From NCBI GenBank assembly GCA_031263095.1, contig JAISGI010000036.1, positions 1 to 62,581 on the forward strand: a DNA stretch of 62,581 nt. The letters are read 5' to 3'. Origin of the DNA: Rickettsiales bacterium. Its GTDB lineage: Bacteria; Pseudomonadota; Alphaproteobacteria; Rs-D84; CACZYB01. The position numbers and the translations under genes were made by a program. Positions 41,240 to 50,365 of this stretch are shown piece by piece. The notes under the pieces are model-generated. The model searched no databases, was not told the origin of the DNA, and worked only from the letters and a program-made list of their open reading frames with translations. How positions within the stretch are numbered: the stretch's first letter is position 1; the number at the start of each line of letters is the position of its first letter.

Positions 41240-42104
41240 CGGCAAGCTTCCGCGCAACCGCCCTGTTCTTCTCGCGGTACGGCGATTCGGAAAGCAGCAT
41301 GTAGATAAGCGCCTCCTCGTAGCCTTGAAGGGTGCCGCAGTCAAGGTACGTTTCCTCCCGCCCGATTGGGAAAGTCCGTATCGCCATGGCGGAGTCTTCA
41401 CGCACAATGGAGTTGAGCGAGTCCGCGAAATGCAGCTCGCCGGCAAAGGGCTTGTCCATGGCAAGCGCCAACGCCTCGCCCACCCGCGCATCAAGTATGG
41501 CAAGCGAATGGTACGCCTCGCGCGAAGTTGAGCTCTCGGGCTTCTCGCGGAACACGCCGTTTTCGATTATGCCCCAGCGCCGCGGGTCTTCGACTTCGCG
41601 CGTAATGATAAGGTTGCCGCCCCGCCCGTCGGAAATATATTTCTCAAGAGCACGGGTAATCGCAGGCTTGCCCTTCGAAAGCACCATGTCGTCCGGAAGC
41701 CGCACCGCCAGGTGCCGCCCAGGCGAGGACTTCGCCACCAACCCGATTGCGTGGCCAATGCCAAGCGGCGCCGACTGGATGACATAGCGCACCTCGACGT
41801 CCGCGGGCAGGTAAAGGCTCTGGAGAAGCTCAAGCCCGATAATGTTCCCCGACCGCTCGAACTTGTCCTCGATGTCCTTTTCCCGCGCAAAGCAGGTTTC
41901 AAAAGACTCCTTCGCACGCTCGTCCGACACCACGATTGTTATGTGTTTAAGGCCCGCCGCAATCGGCTCCTTGATGATATAGTCGATAACCTTGCGCGAG
42001 CCGAACGGGACAAGGGATTTATGAGGAATCCCCTTGGAATGAGGGTAATTGCGCGTCGATTTCCCCGCGGCCAAGATTACGAATTCTATATCCGACGGGC
42101 TCAT
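41232..42104 (-). CDS. sugar-phosphate nucleotidyltransferase (GalU-like fold)
   Basis: FVILAAGKSTRNYPHSKGIPHKSLVPF resembles the G-x-G-T-R nucleotidyltransferase loop. It is paralogous to the next gene. Confidence 0.7.
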   Translation of the reverse strand: MSPSDIEFVILAAGKSTRNYPHSKGIPHKSLVPFGSRKVIDYIIKEPIAAGLKHITIVVSDERAKESFETCFAREKDIEDKFERSGNIIGLELLQSLYLPADVEVRYVIQSAPLGIGHAIGLVAKSSPGRHLAVRLPDDMVLSKGKPAITRALEKYISDGRGGNLIITREVEDPRRWGIIENGVFREKPESSTSREAYHSLAILDARVGEALALAMDKPFAGELHFADSLNSIVREDSAMAIRTFPIGREETYLDCGTLQGYEEALIYMLLSESPYREKNRAVARKLADG

Positions 42105-43186
42105 TTCGCGCCCTCCTCGCGCCGGATGTTGTTCTCCACGCGCGGCAGGATAAGCTTGATGAACTTGAAGTTGTCCCGCGCGAACCTGCTCTCGGCAAGC
42201 AGGGTATAGATAAGCGCCTTCTCGTACCCTTCGATTGAGCCGCAGTCAAGATATATGTCCGAATCTTTCATCTGCACCGTGCGCACTTTCATCTTGCGCG
42301 GATTCTTCTCGATTATACGGTTGAGCGCGGGTATGAAAGTATGCTCGCCGCCGATAAGCCCCTCGATTTTCTCGCCCGCCTCGGCCCGCTTCGCCTCGGA
42401 AAGAAGCTCCTCGCACACCTCCTTGTCGAAGATGAAGAAACCGTTCACCGCCTCGTGCGATACCATGTCGACGGGCTTTTCCACATAATAGCCCTTGCTT
42501 ATTACGCCCCACCGCGACGGATCTTTCACGTACCGGGTGATGGCCATGTTGCCCCTGCCTCCCTCAAGCACGTACCTGGCCACCGCACGCCGATACATCG
42601 GCACCCTGTCCTCCGGATACTTGGCAAAGCGGTCTGCAACGAATATGTCGTCCGGCCAGATCATGACGACGTTCCTGCCACTCTCGCGTATCGGCTCATA
42701 GGCGACCGCAGTCGCATGCCCGGTGCCAAGCGGCTGACGCTGCACCACGTACTTTATTTCGACGTCTTCCGGTATGTATAGGCTTTGTAGAAGCTCGAGG
42801 CGCGTGGTGTCGCCCTTTCTCATGAACTTGTTCTCGATTTCCGGCTCGCGCTTGAAGCACGCCTCGAACGCGGTGATAACGCTGTCGTCCGAAACTACGA
42901 TTGTGATGTGCTTGCCGCCCGCGACGATAATCTGACGCATAACCTCGTCTATGACCTTGCGCGAACCAAAGGGGACAAGCGACTTGTGCGGCAACCCCTT
43001 GGAATGCGGATAGTTGCGCGTCGATTTCCCGGCGGCAAGTATCACGAACTCGAGGTTCGAGGCGTCAATCTTCCGGTTGTATATGTTCTCGGGGTTGATT
43101 ATCCTGCGCTTTATGGAATACCAAATGCGAGATATAAGACCTTTAAGGCCATGGCCCTTGATGGGCCCAGCGAAAATTTCGTCCAT
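42101..43186 (-). CDS. sugar-phosphate nucleotidyltransferase paralog with an N-terminal extension
   Basis: FVILAAGKSTRNYPHSKGLPHKSLVPF. ATGA-type overlap with the downstream paralog. Confidence 0.65.
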   Translation of the reverse strand: MDEIFAGPIKGHGLKGLISRIWYSIKRRIINPENIYNRKIDASNLEFVILAAGKSTRNYPHSKGLPHKSLVPFGSRKVIDEVMRQIIVAGGKHITIVVSDDSVITAFEACFKREPEIENKFMRKGDTTRLELLQSLYIPEDVEIKYVVQRQPLGTGHATAVAYEPIRESGRNVVMIWPDDIFVADRFAKYPEDRVPMYRRAVARYVLEGGRGNMAITRYVKDPSRWGVISKGYYVEKPVDMVSHEAVNGFFIFDKEVCEELLSEAKRAEAGEKIEGLIGGEHTFIPALNRIIEKNPRKMKVRTVQMKDSDIYLDCGSIEGYEKALIYTLLAESRFARDNFKFIKLILPRVENNIRREEGAK

Positions 43187-43325
43187 TCGGACCTCTTTTT
43201 ATTTTCAAACGAGGGAAATTATAGTTTGTTTTGAGGGTATGGTCAAGGATTTTATCATAACGGCTCTCCGCATGGCCACGCACCCGTCATCCTGGCGCGG
43301 CTCGCTTGCCCGCCGTTTTCCAAGA

Positions 43326-43514
43326 CTAACGCGAGCCTATTCCAGACTGTATCGCCTCGGCAAGACGTATGAATTTCTGCAGGTTGGGATAGTGCTTGCA
43401 CTTGGTTTCCTTGCAAGCGAGAGTATCTTCGGCGACCGGCTTGCAAGGGGCGCAATATTCTTTGAACCGATTGGCGCAATTCGTCGCATTATCCAAGACT
43501 TCTTTAACTGTCAT
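43326..43514 (-). CDS. small Cys-rich hypothetical protein (62 aa)
   Basis: SD AGGTGA lies upstream of the ATG. The protein begins MTVKEVLDNATNCANRFKEYCAPCKPVAEDTLACKETKCKH.. and has 6 Cys. Confidence 0.35.
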   Translation of the reverse strand: MTVKEVLDNATNCANRFKEYCAPCKPVAEDTLACKETKCKHYPNLQKFIRLAEAIQSGIGSR

Positions 43515-43619
43515 GATTTCACCTGTTTTGTATAATCTCGACATTATAGCCGAACTCTGGAAAATATCAAATAAAAAAACCGGAAAAATACGCTCTTTGA
43601 ATTCCAGTTTTTTTATTTC

Positions 43620-43648
43620 TTGACATTTTATATTCATTTGTCTAAAAT
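43620..43648 (+). promoter_or_regulatory. promoter placing the ATG at the predicted transcription start (leaderless candidate)
   Basis: TTGACA, 17-nt spacer, TAAAAT, then 7 nt to ATG 43656. Confidence 0.5.
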
Positions 43649-43655
43649 ATAGGAC

Positions 43656-43895
43656 ATGATGAAGAAATTCATGATACTTTTGGTTTTTCTCGCCCTGACC
43701 GCGCCGCTCGAGGCCAGGCGCCACCCAAAGCCGCACGGCAAGCCGACCAAGCGGCCCGAGGCTCGCCGCGACACCCGGCCGCGCAGGACGAAAACCATTC
43801 TGGCCAAACGCGGCCAGATGCCGAATTACAAGAAAGGCAAGAACCCGTTCCGCACGCGCCCCAATCCGCGGACGAAAGTCAACATGTACCGCTGA
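43656..43895 (+). CDS. small, highly basic secreted protein
   Basis: Signal peptide MMKKFMILLVFLALTAPLEA followed by an Arg/Lys/Pro-rich 58-aa tail. Confidence 0.5.
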   Translation: MMKKFMILLVFLALTAPLEARRHPKPHGKPTKRPEARRDTRPRRTKTILAKRGQMPNYKKGKNPFRTRPNPRTKVNMYR

Positions 43896-44072
43896 AATCT
43901 CCTAAACAAGTTGAATAAACTCCGTAGGGAAGACGCGGCGAGCCAAAGGCGAGTAAGCGTCCGGGCCCCTGCGGGGTTTATTTGCAAATTGCCCTGCGGG
44001 GTAAAATAAGCCATATACATTTAAGTCCCGAACAGCCCCCGGCTGTTCGGGCAGGCCGAAATGCGCGATTTT

Positions 44073-45173
44073 TTAGTTTAGTATCCCATGCAAAATTTCC
44101 GCCGCCCGCGCCGACGGCGAAAGCCCGCCTTTCGGTGCAATAGCTTGCCGCAGGGCCAAGACGTCCCGCCTGTACTCCGCCATCTTCTTCGGCGACCTGA
44201 TAAGGTCAAGCAGCGCACCCGCAAGCTTATCGCCCATAGCATCGCCTTGGATAAGCTCCGCAACCATCCGCCGGCCAAGTATTATGTTCGGCAAAGTCAC
44301 ATCCCGTATTTTCACAAGCCTTTTCGCAATGAAGTACGTAAGCGGCGAGGTTTTATAAGTCGCCACGCACGGCACTCCCAAGGCCGCAAGCTCCAAGACG
44401 GCAGTGCCCGAAATCGAAATCGCGCCCGCACACTCGGCAAATGCCTTGATACGCGCCTCACGCCCAGCGACAATCTTGGGTTTCACACACCACCGCGCCG
44501 TCTCCGAACGTACGAATTTCTCGGACGTAGCGACCACAGGCATGACGATTCGCACGCCCGGCCGCGCCGCTTGGATAATCTCCGCCGCGCGCTCGAAAAC
44601 AGGCAGCAGGCGCCGCGCCATAGCCGCGCGCGAACCCGGCAGCATGACGATAGAGCTCCCCGCCGCACGCTTCACGGCAAGCTCGGCTATAGGGTGCCCG
44701 ACCGCAAAAGTCCTAAGCCCGTGGCGCGTAAAATACTTCCGCTCGAACGGGAAAAAGCAAAGCAGATAGTTAAAAATCCGCGCGAATTTCCGCGCCCGCT
44801 TGGGCTTCCACGCCCACACCTGCGGCGCCACATAGTGCACGCACACCAACCCGGGCATAACCCGCTTCACGCGCTTGACAACCGCAGTGCAAAACCCCGG
44901 CGAGTCGACGCTCAGGAGCATATCAGGCTTCTCCGCGACAACGGCGGCCACAGTCTGCCTTACCCGCCGCCAAATGGTAAAGAACCGCGCAAGCACTTCG
45001 AACAATCCCATGACCGCGATGTCGCGTATGTTGAAAAGGGACTTGAAACCGCGAAACCGCGACATCTCCTCGCCGCCGACGCCGACGAACCGCACGCCGT
45101 CCATGTTGGCCATAATCCCGGCACCCAAAATATCGCCCGAGGCCTCCCCGGCTATGATGAAGATTTTCTTCAT
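44073..45173 (-). CDS. lpxB: lipid-A-disaccharide synthase
   Basis: MKKIFIIAGEASGD.LGA, with LpxB family length and pattern. Confidence 0.9.
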   Translation of the reverse strand: MKKIFIIAGEASGDILGAGIMANMDGVRFVGVGGEEMSRFRGFKSLFNIRDIAVMGLFEVLARFFTIWRRVRQTVAAVVAEKPDMLLSVDSPGFCTAVVKRVKRVMPGLVCVHYVAPQVWAWKPKRARKFARIFNYLLCFFPFERKYFTRHGLRTFAVGHPIAELAVKRAAGSSIVMLPGSRAAMARRLLPVFERAAEIIQAARPGVRIVMPVVATSEKFVRSETARWCVKPKIVAGREARIKAFAECAGAISISGTAVLELAALGVPCVATYKTSPLTYFIAKRLVKIRDVTLPNIILGRRMVAELIQGDAMGDKLAGALLDLIRSPKKMAEYRRDVLALRQAIAPKGGLSPSARAAEILHGILN

Positions 45174-46183
45174 TCGGCTATTTTAGCATTTTTCCGAAGC
45201 GATTGCAACTTCATGATTTGCTCCCACGCAGCGGCAAGCGCAAAGGACAATAGCACGCAGTACACGGCGTAATGCCGCTTGCCAATCGTGAAATGGCCGA
45301 GTATGGCAAACGCCGCCGCTTGGAACACATACGCGCCATAGCAGTATTTCGATACATGCCCAACCCACGAAAATCTGTTCAGCCATGAAAATATCGCCCC
45401 CGCCGACGTCGCCATGCCAAGCAAAAGAATGGAGAATACGGCGACAAGCTGTATGTCCAAACTGCCTGCGCTTTTCGAGAAAATCAACGCGTTGAAGATA
45501 AAGCCAAGACCAAGGACGCTCGCCGCTGTCCATACCCAATATCCGCCCCGCGCGGGTTTGATGTGCACCGCTATTTCGCGCAGGATTATGCCAAGTCCCA
45601 TGCCGGCGACGGCGCGCGCAATCGACCTGGGAAAGGCATTGAACATCACGCCGGCATGCACGCCCAAGCTGCCGAAATTCGCTTCTAACGCCGTATAGCA
45701 AAGCCAAGCAACAACGGCCGTAAGGAACAGAAGTTTCCTCCGTTCGAAATGCAAAAGCGCGAAATAGAACAGCATACTTGTCCAGAAATACGCACACACA
45801 AACCACGCGAAGAAATTCACGCTACGGCCAGGCAGTCCTACGTTCACAAGCATAAGCAGGCTCGATATGATGTCTTTGTTCCAATCCTGGCCAAGCGCCA
45901 GCAAAAGGATTATGCTTGCCGCATAGGCTGGCCACAGCCGCCAGAACCGCCGCAACGCGAACTCCTTGAACGTAAGCGGCCGCCGGATAAACCCGTCGTA
46001 CAGCAGGTATCCGCCTATTATAAAGAAAAAATCTACTATTATATCGGTCGGGCGCAGGTATCGGGCTTCCCACCACCTGTCGAATACCCCGTGCCTAAGT
46101 ATTATAAGTATTGTGAACAGGATCCGGAGGAATTCTATAGACCATATTGCCCCCCCCTTATGTTTATCCTGTAATTTCAACAT
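45170..46183 (-). CDS. acyltransferase family 3 (OafA/YrhL-like) membrane protein; G8 tract in codons 9-12, in frame as assembled
   Basis: It starts MLKLQDKHKGGAIWSIEFLRILFTILIILRHG and has many transmembrane segments. The tract reads AAG GGG GGG GCA. Confidence 0.8.
   Translation of the reverse strand: MLKLQDKHKGGAIWSIEFLRILFTILIILRHGVFDRWWEARYLRPTDIIVDFFFIIGGYLLYDGFIRRPLTFKEFALRRFWRLWPAYAASIILLLALGQDWNKDIISSLLMLVNVGLPGRSVNFFAWFVCAYFWTSMLFYFALLHFERRKLLFLTAVVAWLCYTALEANFGSLGVHAGVMFNAFPRSIARAVAGMGLGIILREIAVHIKPARGGYWVWTAASVLGLGFIFNALIFSKSAGSLDIQLVAVFSILLLGMATSAGAIFSWLNRFSWVGHVSKYCYGAYVFQAAAFAILGHFTIGKRHYAVYCVLLSFALAAAWEQIMKLQSLRKNAKIAE
46150..46157 (-). repeat. poly-G tract (G8 on the coding strand) in the acyltransferase 5' codons
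   Basis: C8 counted on the + strand. Confidence 0.95.
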
Positions 46184-46184
46184 A

Positions 46185-47813
46185 TTACTTGCCCGCGCGC
46201 GACGCCTCGATAAGCTGGGAGTATGCCCCCTCCTCAGTAAGGATTGACGCCGCCGCATCAAGCGCAAGCTCGCTCACCCGCGCGAACGGATAAGAGGCCG
46301 GACAGGCCGCCCGCACCCGCTCTACATCCGGCGCCACGGGCGATTTTATGCGAGGACGGTTGTCCTGAAACTTGCCAAGCTTCACGCTGTCGAGAAAGCT
46401 TGTAATGTCGTCGGCCGAGACCATATAGTAAAGGCATACAAGCGGCGACAACCCGACTTTGGATAACGGATAGCCGTCCATGGAGTATATGGACTTGACC
46501 GCGAAGCTCGCCTTGCGCCCGTCGGAAATATCGAAAGTCTGCTCTATGTTGCCGTTGCCGAAGGTCGGACTGCCCACGCTGACCGCACGCTTTTTGTTGT
46601 CGAGGATGAAAGCGAAAGCCTCGGCCGCGCCGCGCGTGGTGTTGTTGGCGATTACGACTATGGGCTTGCCGTTCGCGGCGTCGCCGGATTTCGCGGTATA
46701 GGCCTGGCTCGGCTTGCCGTCAGCACCTACCGTAAGCATGATGTCCCCGCCGTCGATGAAGAGGTTCGCGGCCTCCACAGCCTCCTCGCCCTCGCCGTTC
46801 ACTACCGCGCGCACGTCGATGATAATGCCCTTGTCGGACGAAACGTTCACAAGCGCGTTCGAGATTTCCTTGGCCGAGCCCTTCTTGAAGTTGTGTACGA
46901 CGACGACCGGAATCCCGTTCTTTTTTAAGACCGAGACCGAACGGAACTCCGCCTTGTTCTTGCGCACGAAAGTCTCGCCCGGCCTGCCCGAGATGTAGGA
47001 TACATAGTTGAGTCCGGTAATCGCCTCGCCTCCGCCGCCTATCGCCGCCTCGAACTCCTCGTCCGTCATGTCGGAAACAGGCATGGTATCGACATGGGTT
47101 ATGGCGTCCCCCTCTGCTATTTGAGACATCGAGATTGGCGAACCGGCAAGGATGCTAAGCACTTGTGCCCCGAACGGCAGCCGCCGCCACGTAATGCCAA
47201 GCGTGGTCGCACCCGTTGCTCCGTCGTCTTCAAGCACGCCGCGCTCGCTGTACTTCGCGTTGGAATCAAGCGATTTGAGCATGTATAAGGCGCTTATGTG
47301 ATAGAGCCGCTCCGGCGACATCTCGGCAAGCTCGCGGTTGCTGTCGCGCAAAGTAGCGATTATATTGACAATTGCGTTCGCCCACTCGGTCGGGCTGTTC
47401 GCCGCCGGCCGCGCGAAATTACCCAGAAGCTTGAGCTTCTTCGTATGTAAAAGTATGCGCGTGTCCGTGGTCGTAAGCTGCACCTCGCTGGTGAATGGAT
47501 CAAGCGATTCTATAATCCGCCCGGCCATGTCCTCGTACTTTACCGGCACCACGAAATTGTCGTGCACGACTTCGAAAAGCTTCTCATAGAACGCGCGCGA
47601 GGCTTCGATTGGAAACCCGCCAAGCTTGTCCGAGCCCTTTGTCCAGTACTCGCCCTCTTTGTATGTGTGTTTGTCAAGCTCGGCGCGAGGCAGGGGCTTG
47701 ACCCTGACTTCGCCCTCGGAATCTATGCTGTTGATTATCACGTTCTGCTGCGCCGCCGAAAGTGGCAGACAGGCAAGCACCGCAACCGCGATAAGGCCAA
47801 GGACTCTCCTCAT
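46185..47813 (-). CDS. S41 (C-terminal processing peptidase) family homolog with a PDZ domain; the catalytic dyad appears substituted
   Basis: Signal peptide MRRVLGLIAVAVLACLPLSA and S41-like architecture. The region that normally reads ..GSASASE.. is NNTTRGAAE. The ..TFGKG.. lysine motif is TFGNG. Confidence 0.75.
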   Translation of the reverse strand: MRRVLGLIAVAVLACLPLSAAQQNVIINSIDSEGEVRVKPLPRAELDKHTYKEGEYWTKGSDKLGGFPIEASRAFYEKLFEVVHDNFVVPVKYEDMAGRIIESLDPFTSEVQLTTTDTRILLHTKKLKLLGNFARPAANSPTEWANAIVNIIATLRDSNRELAEMSPERLYHISALYMLKSLDSNAKYSERGVLEDDGATGATTLGITWRRLPFGAQVLSILAGSPISMSQIAEGDAITHVDTMPVSDMTDEEFEAAIGGGGEAITGLNYVSYISGRPGETFVRKNKAEFRSVSVLKKNGIPVVVVHNFKKGSAKEISNALVNVSSDKGIIIDVRAVVNGEGEEAVEAANLFIDGGDIMLTVGADGKPSQAYTAKSGDAANGKPIVVIANNTTRGAAEAFAFILDNKKRAVSVGSPTFGNGNIEQTFDISDGRKASFAVKSIYSMDGYPLSKVGLSPLVCLYYMVSADDITSFLDSVKLGKFQDNRPRIKSPVAPDVERVRAACPASYPFARVSELALDAAASILTEEGAYSQLIEASRAGK

Positions 47814-47830
47814 TTTCCCTCCCCCTCTTC

Positions 47831-48721
47831 TCATTCCTTCAGCTTCTTGAACATCAAAAGCGTCGAGGTCGATATGAATACGCTCGACCACGTGCCGACA
47901 ATTACGCCGAAAATCATTATGGCCGAAAATCCGCGGAGCACTTCTCCGCCGAACATGTATATCGCGACAAGCGCCAAAAGCGTCGTAAGCCCGGTCAGAA
48001 CCGTGCGGCTGAACGTCTCGTTTATCGACATGTCGATGACCTCGGCAATCGGCATCGCCCTGTGCTTTTTAAGATTCTCGCGTATCCGGTCGTATATGAC
48101 CACCGTGTCGTTGATTGAATATCCCGCAAGGGTGAGAAGCGCGGCAAGCGTCGTAAGCTCGAACCCTATGCGCATAATGCTCATAAGCGCAAGCGCCAAA
48201 AGAACGTCATGCGCTATGGACAGCAGAGAGCCGACCGCGAACGGCAACTCGAACCTCATGCCTATATAAAGGGAAATGACAAGGATAGAGAGGATGACCG
48301 CGATAATCCCGTCGCGTATAAGATCCGCACCCACCTTTGGCCCGACAATCTGCGTATTGCGGTACTCCACACTGTCCCCGAGAATGGATTTGAGCTGGTT
48401 CAGCTCGCCAAGCATAAGCCCTTCGTCCTTGTCCCCTTTGGCAAGGTAAATCGACACAAGGTCGCCTGTATTCCCAAGCGCCTGTATCCGCGGGGCAAGC
48501 TCGGCCAACTGCTTGCGCATTTCTTCGACATCCGCCGGCCCGCGGGTTTTTGCTTCCACAAGAACGCCGCCGGAAAAGTCTATGCCATACGCGAACGATT
48601 TGGTGAAGATTATCGCGCACGCCGCAATGCACATCGCGGCCGTAATGGCCAGGAAAAACCGGGTATGCTTCATAATCTTGAAGTGCGTCTCTATGGGGAT
48701 AAGGTTGACAAGCTTGAACAT
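47831..48721 (-). CDS. secF: protein translocase subunit SecF
   Basis: GIDFSGG, six transmembrane segments, YSINDTVVIYDRIREN. Confidence 0.9.
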   Translation of the reverse strand: MFKLVNLIPIETHFKIMKHTRFFLAITAAMCIAACAIIFTKSFAYGIDFSGGVLVEAKTRGPADVEEMRKQLAELAPRIQALGNTGDLVSIYLAKGDKDEGLMLGELNQLKSILGDSVEYRNTQIVGPKVGADLIRDGIIAVILSILVISLYIGMRFELPFAVGSLLSIAHDVLLALALMSIMRIGFELTTLAALLTLAGYSINDTVVIYDRIRENLKKHRAMPIAEVIDMSINETFSRTVLTGLTTLLALVAIYMFGGEVLRGFSAIMIFGVIVGTWSSVFISTSTLLMFKKLKE

Positions 48722-48723
48722 CG

Positions 48724-49023
48724 CTATTCCCCCTCGATTATCTTTGGTACAGTGAAGAATTCGTGGGACGGGTCGGGCGCCGGCGCATTGGCAAGGATTT
48801 CCGAGGCAATGTCCCCGTCGTTTATCACGTCCGCACGCCGCGGCAGGGGAAATTCCGCCGTGGTCGATATAGGCTCGACGCCGGAAACATCCACTTCGTC
48901 AAGCACTTTTATCCATTCGAGGACGCTCTCAAGCTCGGGAATCATCCTCTCGGCAAGCGTATCCGGCATGCCTATGCGAACCATTTTGGCGTTGGCCTTG
49001 ACTTTTTCCTTGTTGAAATACAT
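48724..49023 (-). CDS. gatC: Asp/Glu-tRNA amidotransferase subunit C
   Basis: 99 aa, with the GatC pattern (..PELESVLEWIKVLDEVDVSGVEP). Confidence 0.88.
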   Translation of the reverse strand: MYFNKEKVKANAKMVRIGMPDTLAERMIPELESVLEWIKVLDEVDVSGVEPISTTAEFPLPRRADVINDGDIASEILANAPAPDPSHEFFTVPKIIEGE

Positions 49024-49113
49024 GTCGTGCTCATTTTAACCCGCGACCGCGCCAAAGTCAATACAATATCGACGCTTGACAGACGCTTCGGCTTTGGTGT
49101 AATATTGCAAATT

Positions 49114-49539
49114 ATGAGCAAAACTCTTTACATAGAAGACATCAAGAGGATTCTTCCCCACCGCTATCCGTTCCTGCTTGTGGACAGGGTGATAGACGTC
49201 GAGGACGGCGTGCGCGGCACCGGAATAAAGAACGTGACCGTGAACGAGGAATTCTTCAACGGCCATTTTCCAACCAAACCGGTCATGCCGGGCGTTTTGA
49301 TGCTCGAGGCCATAGCCCAGACCGCGGTGCTTGTCGGCTCCTACGGACAGGAGGGGCGCATGGTGTACCTGACTGGCATAGACGAGGCAAGGTTCAAGGC
49401 CCAGGTCGTCCCCGGCGACCAGCTTCATATCAAGGTCGAAAAAACCGCCGCCCGCAGCACGTTCGAGAAGTGGAAGGCCGAAATCTACGTCGACGGCAAG
49501 CTCTGCGTCTCCGCCTCCCTCTCCGCAATGAAAAGTTAA
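49114..49539 (+). CDS. fabZ: 3-hydroxyacyl-ACP dehydratase FabZ
   Basis: LPHRYPFLLVDRV, FFNGHFP..PVMPGVL..EA.AQ. Confidence 0.95.
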   Translation: MSKTLYIEDIKRILPHRYPFLLVDRVIDVEDGVRGTGIKNVTVNEEFFNGHFPTKPVMPGVLMLEAIAQTAVLVGSYGQEGRMVYLTGIDEARFKAQVVPGDQLHIKVEKTAARSTFEKWKAEIYVDGKLCVSASLSAMKS

Positions 49540-49607
49540 ATTACAAAAAGTCTGACCTGACCCAGCCCGGCGAACTTCGGAGTTTGGTGCAGGTGCTAGG
49601 CGCTTTC

Positions 49608-49656
49608 ATAAAAATTACGCCGCAAGCGTACTTGAGCTACGTGCGGACGTAATTTT
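49608..49656. terminator. bidirectional terminator between fabZ and rubrerythrin
   Basis: AAAAATTACGCCGCA-N17-TGCGGACGTAATTTTTT. Confidence 0.6.
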
Positions 49657-49697
49657 TTGAAAAGCCGACGCAGATGCGCCGAAATACGAAGTTCCTA

Positions 49698-50273
49698 CTA
49701 GACCCACGAACGGTTGGGAGCAAAATACGCCTGCGGATGCGCACACGCCGGACACGCCGCCGGCGCCTCTTTCCCGACATGCAGATAGCCGCAGTTCAGA
49801 CACTCCCAAACGATTTCCTCGGGCTTGCTGAACATGGTGCCGGTCTTGATTTCGTTCAAGAGCTCAAGATAGCGCTGCTCGTGGTGCTTTTCCGCGATTG
49901 CTATGTGCCGCATGGCGGACGCGACCGCGGCGAAGCCCTCTTGCTCGGCAACATCGGCGAACGAGGGATACATGTGCGAGTATTCTTCGCGCTCGCCGTT
50001 GGCCGCCTCGACCAGGTTCTCGATTGTCGAGCCGATTACGCCCGCGGGATAGGAGGCCTTTATCTCGACCGCCCCGCCCTCAAGGAACTTGAACAGACGC
50101 TCGGCATGCTCTTTCTCCTGGCTTGCGGTTTCTTCGAACAGGTGCTGTACTTGGACATATCCGTCCTTTTTGGCCTGCGAAGCGAAGAATGTATAACGGT
50201 TCCTCGCCTGCGCCTCGCCCGCGAAAGCGGTAAGTATATTTACTTCAGTCTTAGTGCCTTTTATCGACGCCAT
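49698..50273 (-). CDS. rubrerythrin
   Basis: Ferritin-like di-iron EE..H motifs plus a C-terminal rubredoxin-like C..C...C..C (CLNCGY..CPACAHP). Confidence 0.93.
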   Translation of the reverse strand: MASIKGTKTEVNILTAFAGEAQARNRYTFFASQAKKDGYVQVQHLFEETASQEKEHAERLFKFLEGGAVEIKASYPAGVIGSTIENLVEAANGEREEYSHMYPSFADVAEQEGFAAVASAMRHIAIAEKHHEQRYLELLNEIKTGTMFSKPEEIVWECLNCGYLHVGKEAPAACPACAHPQAYFAPNRSWV

Positions 50274-50329
50274 ATTTTTCTCCTTTTTTGTTATTTATAG
50301 GAATGTTTATAACACGGGGCAAAACCAGA

Positions 50330-50358
50330 TTGCAAGAATAAATTTAATGTGCTATACT
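50330..50358 (+). promoter_or_regulatory. promoter placing the ATG at the predicted transcription start (leaderless candidate)
   Basis: TTGCAA, 17-nt spacer, TATACT, then 7 nt to ATG 50366. No SD is present. Confidence 0.5.
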
Positions 50359-50365
50359 ATTGGGC

